Shown: piece after piece, positions 38,533 to 49,400 of the stretch
Layout: the number at the start of each line of letters is the position of its first letter
How positions within the stretch are numbered: position 1 is the first letter of the stretch
Origin: a virus
Strand: one strand, 5' to 3'
DNA length: 64,000 nt
IMG/VR virus record: IMGVR_UViG_3300027801_002650
Span: 16,840-80,839 of that record
Position numbers and translations under genes: made by a program
Notes under the pieces: model-generated
Told to the model about the DNA's origin: nothing
The model's input: only the letters and a program-made list of their open reading frames with translations
Databases searched by the model: none

Positions 38533-40368
38533 TTAGAACTGAACAATTAGCTTGATATCTTCAACTTGGTCACTCGCACGTGAAACAGGCGAACGATTTT
38601 CTACATAAAGAATGTCCCCACGATACTTCAACATGTCAGGTGGATCCATGACCACACTTGAGGAAGTAGCATCATTTGCTGCGGTAACTGGGTCGGTAGC
38701 AACACCTGTAGGATCGGTAGTAGTGATACGCATGATTCGCTCTCCAACTTGGAAAGAACCAGCAACACTATCCCAACCTGTAGTGGCATTAGCACCTCGC
38801 GTAATTTCAGTAACACGGAGCATTGGGTAAATTTGAGGATCAGTTCCTGATCCAAGAGTTCCCGCAGTATTTGCATCTGCAGTATTGTTATAATCAACGA
38901 CAAACCCTTTAGCACCCGAAAGTGATCCAATGACCTGCTGGTCAGGAAGGTAATAATCGGAGGACGCACCAATTTGTGAACCAATCTTAATCTTGATGGT
39001 TTGATCAGCAAGAGTAGATGTGAACAGAGCAGCAGCATCTGCGTGCTGTATTGGATCGCGAACAAGTCCGATTTTCCGGAAGTCGTTTGAAACTGTAAAG
39101 GTGTTAGACTCAGAACCTTCGAGTCTTACGTTCAACATGACGTTGTAACCAAACAGTTCTTCTACCATATTATAACCTTGACCACCAACAGGACTTACGA
39201 GAGGTCGGAAGTCAGCAGCAGTAGTAACGGTAGCAGAAGCATTCTGTGTGATTGTCAAATCAGCTGTGTGATAACCAGATCCCACCTCTGCGATGCTGAT
39301 ATCGGTAATACTTGCAGTATTATCACCCGTAGCGTAAGCTAAGGCACCTGTTCCATCACCATTAATAGTGACAGTTGGGCCGATTTTAACATCATCACCT
39401 GCTGTAAGTGCAGCAGTAAGGTCATATGTGTATGCGGCATCAGCAACTTGTGAGCCGAGGTTTCCAGTATTCGCCTCTAATGTAAATGTAGTTCCGTTAT
39501 GAGCATCGATCTTAGCCAGGAGTCCTGGGGCAGAAGATGACTGCGAAACATAGATAGAGGAATCGACGAACGCATCCTGTGTAGGATTGGCACCACCATG
39601 ATTGGTGAAGTCAAGTACTACGTCAGGAGTTGCACCACCGAGAGTTGATGAAGAAACATCAGCACCGGAAAAGAGATAACCAGCACCATTACCGCTTGCG
39701 TTTCTCAACACAACGTCAATAGCACCATTAACTGCGTTATTCTCAATTTCCCACTGGTTTGTTCCGTCGTCAGGAATATATGTTTTCCCGTCTAAAGCAT
39801 CAACACCAAGAAGGGCGAAGTCGTCTGTTCTAACACGTCTAACTGGGACGAACGAAGTAGTAATAAACTTCAGTGCGTCGGCAGCTGTAATTGTGTAGAG
39901 GTATTTCCACTTATATCCATCAGAAGTTGTTTCTGACACACCAGCACTTGTATTAATACTGGAAGGCATAACGGTGGATTGTACCCCATGATTGTTGTAC
40001 ATACATTTGTAGACATTAAAGTCCTCAGTAACAACAAAGAAGGGTTTGCTATAAAGTGTAGCATCCTGGGAGTCAAATTGGTCATAGACTGTGCCAGTTG
40101 TCCAGTTGTAGCGATTAACTACGTGGGACACATCACCTGATATACATCTCTTTGCGAGAATCATATCATCCCAATGGCCATATTCTGTATTTTCTACAGT
40201 GTCCGTTGGGGAAGGTGGGGCAGAGTCAATATTGACACTACTTGCATCTAACCAGGGAGACACCTTACCGATGAATATGTACTGGTTAGTTCCCGAAGTC
40301 TCCGAGAATGCTTCCAGAAATTGTTCCGAGTTATGAATACGGAACTTATTCGTTACGATAGCAGGCAT
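38533..40368 (-). CDS. gp8: baseplate wedge protein, gp8-like
   Basis: MPAIVTNKFRIHN..., RYNWTTGTVYD, VYKCMYN, DGYKWKYLY and C-terminal YVENRSPVSRASDQVEDIKLIVQF; RBS AGGAGA. Confidence 0.88.
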   Translation of the reverse strand: MPAIVTNKFRIHNSEQFLEAFSETSGTNQYIFIGKVSPWLDASSVNIDSAPPSPTDTVENTEYGHWDDMILAKRCISGDVSHVVNRYNWTTGTVYDQFDSQDATLYSKPFFVVTEDFNVYKCMYNNHGVQSTVMPSSINTSAGVSETTSDGYKWKYLYTITAADALKFITTSFVPVRRVRTDDFALLGVDALDGKTYIPDDGTNQWEIENNAVNGAIDVVLRNASGNGAGYLFSGADVSSSTLGGATPDVVLDFTNHGGANPTQDAFVDSSIYVSQSSSAPGLLAKIDAHNGTTFTLEANTGNLGSQVADAAYTYDLTAALTAGDDVKIGPTVTINGDGTGALAYATGDNTASITDISIAEVGSGYHTADLTITQNASATVTTAADFRPLVSPVGGQGYNMVEELFGYNVMLNVRLEGSESNTFTVSNDFRKIGLVRDPIQHADAAALFTSTLADQTIKIKIGSQIGASSDYYLPDQQVIGSLSGAKGFVVDYNNTADANTAGTLGSGTDPQIYPMLRVTEITRGANATTGWDSVAGSFQVGERIMRITTTDPTGVATDPVTAANDATSSSVVMDPPDMLKYRGDILYVENRSPVSRASDQVEDIKLIVQF

Positions 40369-40417
40369 TTTATTCTCCTGTAAGTTTTAAAAAGTAATAA
40401 AGCATCAATAGCTTTTT

Positions 40418-40428
40418 TATTTAGGTTT
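40418..40428 (-). promoter_or_regulatory. candidate T4-type late promoter (AAACCTAAATA) upstream of gp8
   Basis: Variant of the TATAAATA late -10 box in an intergenic gap; the same 11-mer lies upstream of gp25. Confidence 0.55.
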
Positions 40429-40429
40429 A

Positions 40430-43400
40430 TCAATCAAGAGTCGAAACTCCGTCATGGGTATCAAACCTGATAAAGTCTTCAAAAACAATATCAGCAATCG
40501 TACGTGGATTACTAAGACTGTCTAAAATAATCTCAGATTTTGTGGCACGAATCGGTTCATCACTAAGAATGGTATGACCCTGTTGAGTCAATAACCAATC
40601 ATCTTGTTGAACCATATCGTACTTTTCTGTCAGCACAAAGTCATGCAAGGAATCATATCCCGCAATGATCGAATCACCATATCCGGTGAATAATTCCAGA
40701 TCTAAGTCAAATCCCGTTTCTGTAGTAATAAAGAAAGGAGATCCGCCCAATTCTGCGTCAAGGATCAATGTGTTGTATGTTCCCTCAGCAAGTATAAACT
40801 CATCCAGTTCTGTAGCAAGACCTCCTTCACCATCATAAACTTCTGTTATGATTGGGGTGTCGTCTTCCTCAGCTAAAATGAACTGCAGGGGTTCTTCTAT
40901 TAATAGGCCATGAAGTTGAACATCATCACCTTGGATGAATATTCTTCCCTGCCCATATTGTATTACGGCGTAAGACGTCTCAATGTGTCTCGTACCTTCT
41001 GTCGTGGCATCAACTAGAAAACTAAGATTTGCTATATCCCCTGTATCTGGGGGAATACCTACGTCAGAGAGTATACTTCCACCAAGGTCTGCGGTGATAG
41101 TGTTTGCGTATAGCTCAAAAATCTCAGTTGTGAGAGGTATCTCGTTAAGTTGGAGCACATGCTTTTCGACGTCTATAACATGACTTCGAATGTCTGTAGA
41201 ATGGATACTCCAATCGTAATCTATACTCGTTATTATCTGCGAGTTAGAGTTATTTAGGGCTGACGTTCCTCCGTTGAATTGGTCCCCTGTCGCAGTTATA
41301 TTGAACTGAATGACGGGTGTTATTTCAAAAGGAGCGAATTGAAACGGAACAAGATTCGTTACGTCAATCGTTACACCAGCATATGTAAAATCATACTCAG
41401 TTTTTAGCGATGTCGTATTTCCAGCAAAGGTATACGCTCCATTAACACTGATTGGTTGTGGAGGCACTAAAAATGGATCTATGTAATCAATTTCAATAGT
41501 CGATACATCACCAGCAAACAATGCAAATTGGTTGCTAAAGTCTGGCGTATCTTTTCCTAGACCCGAAGGTTTCCCTACGGTGAAATGGGTAGTATTAGCC
41601 CCACTCAAAAACAATGCATGAGAATTCATGATGGTGCTATCTACCAGAAAATTATTGGGCACACTTGAATATATACCTTTAATAGATTGCTGCATAAATC
41701 CATCATTTCGTCCGTTACCGAACGTCCAGATCTGAGTTGTATTCGCTGTGACACGTTTTAGATTCGGATCACGCACTCCTTCGATTGCTATGTTATTGGC
41801 ATCATCAACATACACAAAGGAACTTTCTTCTAAAGATTTCCAACCCATTGGATCAAGGCCAAATCCACTTCTATTATCATAACTGTTTCCTCCGATTTCT
41901 CTACCGGAAAGGGTTCGATTATGGGTTGCAACCAAAGCAACTTTCATACCATGCTCATAGAAAGTTGAAAACGATCCAGTATTAGATGAGGATCGCAATG
42001 TCTCTGGACCAGAGGCACCAACAGTAAATCCTTCAGGAACAGCTGTCGTGACCGTATTTACGGTCAACGGATGTGCTGAACTACTCAGTTCTGTTGTCTC
42101 TCCTGACTCGAGTTCGGAAAGATAGAAACGGAACTGGTTATTCAAAGGATCGTCGGTGCCTTCAATCCAACCTGTTTCAGGATCATCTGTTCTGAATTCG
42201 TTGATCCCTGCTCCACAATGTCTACCATTATAAGATATAGTTATTGAGTACCATTTATCGAGTCTTGTTCTATATCGATTTGGCCAATTATAAGGTACCG
42301 TGTCCGTTGGATCTATCTCTAGTCGCGTAATAAAAGTATTTGCACCATCGGGATCACCGTAAGTAAAAACCATGAATCGGTTGTTGATACCAAATCGAAA
42401 TCCAGGACCTTCATTGTCATTTGCCTGTGACCAAATCCACATTGGATCCCAATTATTACTATCTTGATTCCCTCTGTTATGTCCATCTAGGGATTGAAAG
42501 GTTTCAATATTAAACATAGCAGTTACTGTCCACTCATTATTAGCAGCAGAAATGTCACTGTCTTGTTGTTTAGCAAGTGGGTAACTGTCGTAGGTGTTTA
42601 TCCTTAGACCATTGGTATCATTTCTTCTGTGTACAAGTGCTGTATCTCCGATCGGTGTCCAGATTGTTTCATACGGGGTAACTCCATAATAGTTTGGTCC
42701 TCGATCTGTAACAGAGTATGGAAATACATCAGCGCATCCGACAATATCATAATCAAAGATTAATGACTCGAAACTCAGATCCAATGATACTGTAATTTGT
42801 GGAGTTATGAACGAGGTTAAATCCCAATGAATCACGTTTTCACCCAAATCGGATGTAGCAATTGTCCAGGCGTATACTATTCCCAAATGGAATTCATGTT
42901 CAGGTTCGGCAAATTCTGAGCCACCGATCAAGTTCCCAACAAGTATTGGATCATGTACTTCATGTATTGGAAGAACGATCGTGGATGCATCTATTGGAAG
43001 TTGGACATCCAATTCAAATTCATTTTGTCTATGGTACTGCGAATGTGTAATAATCTGTTGCCGTGGAACAAAGAGATAAAATTCTTCTTCCCACTCATGG
43101 GATTCTCTTACGATCAAGTCCTGCTCAGGCATATAGAGAATAGGTTCGTAGTATGAGTAAATGGTCGCAGTATTATATTCTACAATAAACTCAAAAGTCA
43201 ATGACCTTTCGTGCAGAGACGTTACAACACAGGCACCGATATCCTTTGGAGCAAATCCATCAACATCAGCAGGTGTGCCTCCATCCAGTATTTCTCTTAA
43301 ATCTGAGTCTTTAGAATAGGAACGATAGACAGGTGACTGAGGAAAGTTCCACCAGATTGTTCCAGCATTGAAAGGAACAAGGTGGTTATGAATTTCTCGA

Positions 43401-46400
43401 GATACTGTAACAGAAGCATCGTAGAAAATCGGATCAGACATTTCTAGTTGAGGTTCGCTATAGACTACTATAGATGTTAAATCAATTAAAAGAACATCTG
43501 CTCTGTCAGGTGGAGCAATATATGGTGGAGGAACCTCCAAATACAATTCTATTTCAATATGCCTTGGGAAAGTCTGAGGCATCCACCAGCGTGCTTGCTC
43601 GTCATTGATATGGTCACCATCTTCGTAAACCAAAAAGTTTCCGTCCTCAGTATAGAAATAGTAAGGAACGTTTTGTGCAGGTTTACGATTTGGCTCCCAC
43701 ATAACTGGAGTCAAATTCATAGGTTGAATGTCCCCAAAATCCAACTCGTAAGCAGGATAATCCTGGATAACACTCCATCCACGAGTATCTCGCCGGAGGT
43801 CACTTCCTTCTTGATTATACTCAGAGAACTGTCTGTCAACTAAATCCCAATTGTATACAAGATTTCTGATTGACTCTGGGATTTCTTCGTTTAGAATGTA
43901 ACCATTGTCCTCAAACGTAACAGCACTATTAGGATTATCATCTAACAAACAATGCCACCCACCAGATTCTGTTTCTAATCCGTAAGGGATGAGAGTATGA
44001 TCAATAACCCTTTGTTCTCCAGCAACGTATGCTAACGTGTCGGGCATTGATTGGGAATGATGATATTCTATTTCTACTGCCTCAGGATGCACGGAAAACT
44101 GTACATTGGCCTGCATATTATACTCTAACTGAGGACTATGAGTAGGGGTAAAGACACTAAAGGTCGTCGACGCATCATAGAAGCAGTAAATCTCTTTGTG
44201 ATACTCTACTGGAATATCACCGCATTCATCCTCTATTGCCAAGTACTCAAGTTGAAATCCTTGTGATTCTGTTACCATCCTTGAAGAAAAGTTACCAATA
44301 ACGTCTGTGTTTGCTACCTTCTGTTCGCTTGATTCTGTTATTAGTAGTTCCCCTGTAGTATTATACCCTATGTCAATTCCAATTTTTTCTGCTGAAGTGG
44401 TTACAAAGTCTGGGTAGTATGTTGAATGGTATTCGGGAGGTGTCATTATCAGTCTCTCGTACAACATCTGACTACTTGCTACGCTAGCAGTTTCCTGAAT
44501 CAAAAGTCCACACTGTCTTCCAAGTGGCAATTTAACAGCAGTACTGGTAGCACTGATAACCATTAATATGTCTATTTCAACAGCCGTAGGAATGGCAATG
44601 ATTTCCCCAATTTCAACATTAAAATCACCCAAGTCATTGAGAATAAACATTTCCATATTGATTGGTTTTACCACCTCAGGATTCAGCCAACCTTCGTCTG
44701 CCGCAACATGGACAGGCAAGTAATGATACTCAGTTGGTACTAATGGATTTCCGTGGCCACGTATTTCTATTTCGACATTCATCGAAGGAGTGGCATAAAG
44801 ATTCAGTGTTGGATAAATCTCTGGCTGAGTGGATCCTGATATGTGTAGTACGCTAGGTATTTGAGTATTGATGAAATCGTTATTGTGGTAAACAATAGTT
44901 GGTTCGGAAAAAGCAAACCAGTCTCTGTGAGTATGGACTGACCCGTTAGCACCTGCTTGCTGCCAATCAGCACTAAACTCTTCCGATAACATATTTCCAT
45001 CGTCTTCAAAGACTATCTGAAGATTTCCAGTTGGATCTTGATTCTGTTGCTCAGCGAAGAATACGAAACTATTGAAATCTGGCAAATCGGCTATGACTCT
45101 ATCATACCTAACCCTGTAAGGTTCTGGGATTGTAGTTGGATTGTCTCTCCAGTCCCTGTAGACTGTTCCGTCGTAATCAGATGGATGGCGTTCCTTATCA
45201 AAAAGAGGATTGTAAAAATTTTGAGTCGTTACGTCTATGGGGAGATCGAAGTCTATCTCGTTTTGCATCTCTGCATAAATCCTACCATCCAGTGCCCAGT
45301 AAGGATAATCAAAATTAATCGGATTCCAAACTGCCCCAGGAGTTGTATCTTCAATCTTGAGATAGAATGGAGCAGAAATCTCACCACCGAAAGTCATCTG
45401 TATTTCTTGTCTATAGAAACTTGCATTTCGTGTGATAAATGACCCAGATAATTCCTCTTCTATATGAAACTGAGGAGGATTAGTATCGGTCATTGTTGCT
45501 TCAAATGGCCCATAATGTGTGAAGTTGTACGTTGCTACATTTGCATCTCCATCAAGGTAGATGGCATTGCCCACGAACTGATCATAAACATTGTTGTCAC
45601 CACCGAAATTAAGAACTGCCCCACCGAGGTGAGTCACTGTGTATTCGTTGTTTGTGCCTGTAGGCGTAACCTTGTACTCGGAATAAACAAAATCTGTATT
45701 TAGGTGATCGAGAGAACCTGTATTAGCAGGTTGAATAGCAAAAAGTGATGCTGTAACATTTCTGTATTGGTGATCACCTGAGAAAATGCCTCCGGGGATA
45801 AATGTAGTCTCAGGAAGTTTTACTGTTAAACTGCCAAGAGAAGAAATCTCTGCTTTAAAATCTAACTGTTTCCCGTCGATCAATGTACCCTTGATACAGA
45901 CAATCTCTCCGATGTTAAAACCTGCTCCGTTCATATTATCAAAACGATAGAAGTTTCCAGGACCATCAATATTTGAACTGACAGTCATAATTCCATTAGA
46001 GGTGCCTGTAAATTTATGAGGTACGATGTCTGAGATAATAATTTTTTCAATCTCAGGACCTGTGTAATCAACTCCAGCATTATCCTTGATTCGAACAGTC
46101 TTAGCTGCTTCTGCTCCCTCGTAATATGAAATAGTAGTTTCAAATCCTGAGTTAAATCTATCAGTCGGGCCACCGAAATCAATCTTATGACCAGCAACAT
46201 ATACTGCCTCGTGTCTATTTAAACCCAAAGGTGTCATCGAATAGACAGCAGGATTTGCCAATGGAACTGATTCTATAGGGGAATCCTCGACCGTATACAC
46301 GTAAGTAGGACTTGAGCCACTTCCAATATTGAAGTTTGTATCGCCCCAAGGTGTAGTAGCAAATCCCATGTTCTTAATGAAAATAGTATCAGCAGTTTTG

Positions 46401-49400
46401 CCAAGATACATACCAAAACCAACACCATACATACTGCTAGAATCTGACAACCCAACCCGTAACCATTGACCAGGAGATATGCTGTTAAAATCAACAAACA
46501 TCATTATTCCCGGTGTTGAGATACTGGTAACATCTCTTAAACGTACATCAGCAATATGAGTCACACCATCAATAGTAAACTCCCCGTAGTTGTATCCTGG
46601 GAAAACATCAACTGTCATTAATGGGGCAGAGGGAGTTTGGGGAATGAACCAATTTTGTGGATATGACAGTGCTGAAGCAGTTGTATTTGAAGTCTGTATC
46701 GTTATAAGTGTTTCGGCAAGGAAATCAAATCCGTCGAACTCAAGAACCTGTGGTACTGTCTGTCGGATAATCGCGTTATGTATGCCTCCTCCGTAGATAT
46801 CCGATGGGCCACCCCAATCTAATACGGGACCTGATACACGAGCAACATTATAATTACTAGAACCTTCGTGAGTAAAGGTATAAACTGAAGGAACCTCAAA
46901 ACTCGGATTTCCACCTGACACAACTGTGAGGTTTTCGATCGAAGGATTTACAAGTCCTATCTCATTAATTTCTGCAGTAAAGTTTGCTCTGTTCAATAGA
47001 TTATTGGAAGCATCCTTGAGATTTACCCGTCCTTCAAAAGTATTAATGTCCCCACGTCGGAGACTTCCGCCATTGATTATATCACCGGAAATGTATGTGA
47101 CAACGAACCTGTCAGGTGTTAACATGTAATCAAGTCGATAAATACCGATCTCACCCGTATCTTTTTCTATGTAATAATTCACACCACTTGGTGTTGCAGG
47201 ATTAAATCCTGCTGCATCAGCTGATGCATATCCGTTTTGAAACCACAGGTAAGAGAAAGGAAGAGGAGGAGAAAAGACGAACACTTCATGGCTGAAGGGA
47301 CTTGAGAACACTGCGGCAGGAAGCATCTGACCACGAAACTCTTCGTAAGCAGATTCAACTGCCACTGCCAAATCATCGACACCATCGTCAATTAAGAAAC
47401 TGTAACCACTATGTTGATAATGTGGTTCAAATGCGTCGAACTCAATGTCAAATTTTTGCCCTACTGAAACACCCGTTATAGGATCTGAACTAAAATCTCC
47501 TCCGTTTACTATGAGGTCTGAAGAGTTGGATTGAGTTGCTACAATAGTAACACTATTGGCTGTCAGACCATAGTATGTCTCTGGAAGAAATGTCAAATCC
47601 TGAGCAGAATCTTCTGTGATCAAATCGTGTTTGTCTTCTTCTGTCAGAAGGTTGTTACCTTCTAGATCTATTCTATACCACGCACCCTCTGCTGAATCAT
47701 CGGGCACTTGATAGTAGTACCCACCTCTATAATCGTTTAGAGACTCATCGATCCATTTGATTTCTCCCAAGTCACGCAGGTATCTAAACTCTTTCCAATC
47801 AACTCTGGCACCATGCTGAAACTGTTTGTATGCAATAGCATCAGGGAACTCACCGTAAATGTAATCAGGTCCTGTAGTCTGGAACTGGTCTTCCATCAAC
47901 AATCCCTCAGGTCTCAGAATTGCATTCTCCGTAATAAATCGGGGCATCTGAGCGGTAAGTTCAGGATTATTGTATGTTTTTCCTGGTGTAATTACCCAAG
48001 TAACTGGCTGACCATTGGCGTAAAATAATCCGTCATGTAGTATTGGCTCATGAAGAATTTGAAGATTATAAAGTCTAGCATCCAAATCAGCATACTGATC
48101 TTCAGTATTTGCTTGCCAAGGAGAAATTGCGAAAGGAGCAACAGCACCATTTGCTGCTGTGTATAAGAACTCTTTCTCAAGATTAAAGAATGGTCGATCC
48201 AGAAATGGACCACCGAATGGCCCATTTGTATGTGAGTTAGCATCGAGGAGATAGTTGATATCGTGCTTAGCACCGTAATCACCACCCGAAAACATCTGAG
48301 CATTCACGTTTATGGTGATAATCATTTCACCGAAGAGTTGCTCACCAGCAACATGGAGAAGACGTTTTACCAGATCCCGATAGGTTGATAGCTCGAACCC
48401 TGACCGAATACTGTAGGAGAAATCCTGCCAGTAATAGGAGTCTTGAAGAACCTGCGGTGACGATAAGATACCGTTATACCCCTTCCACTCACCCTCGTAT
48501 TTAATAGTACCTGAAAGGATTGGAATAAGGTTCGCATTTAGTGCACCGAATGTTATGACATCGGATGCTGGTAAAAAGTCCTGACTAAAATCAGATCCTG
48601 GATCTCTTACCAGCATCTGGAAAATGGAATTGGTTGCGAGGTATGGAACATTAATAACCCCATCCGTTCCTTGCTTTCTGAAATCTTCGATCAATATACC
48701 ATCAAAACTCAACAGCAGGGTACCATTCGCATCTATAACTCGTAATGTTTGGTTAGCTAAGAATGGATCAGCGACGTCTTCCTCAAATAAAACCTTGAGA
48801 ACAAGAGAATCACCTTCTGCGAGCATCCTGTCTTCCTCATCAGGATCGTCTTCCATCATAACATAAAAGGTATCGTCGGCAGCAAGTGTCCAATCTTCTT
48901 GAGTAAAATACGATATGGATGATCTATCAAGCACACCAACAAGTTCTGCTCTTATTTCGCCGAATGCTGCGTTTCCATGAACATATGTCTTTAGTCCTCC
49001 AGGAATACTGGTCGTTCGGACTGTTTCCATTGCAGCAACCCTCGAGATCGGATAATCCGGATCCGTGGGTGACCAGCCATTAGCAAACACCATTGTGGAT
49101 TCGTCAGTAGTAATCTGCATTGTATTGTATGCAGAAACAGTGTACTTACCACCATCGCCACCGTAATCAACTTCTTCCTGAGTATTTGCTGTCCACGTAG
49201 GATAAACAGCTGTATTTGACCGTCCCTTAACTAAAGCAGAAGGAAGGTCAAAAAATTCAACACCCGTAGATATAACTGTAATTGACTGAATACCACCAAA
49301 GATTTCGTCTGTATAAACAGCAGCATCTTCGATTCTCATATCCTTGAACTGTACGTTTGCTGTAACAGAACCACCGTAGGTTGTATCATCTACCCTCTCA

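Noticed and set aside
40398-40420. AT-rich inverted repeat (aaagc...gcttt) between gp7 and gp8 as a terminator
   Set aside because: The stem is short and weak, and it abuts the candidate promoter; not supportable.
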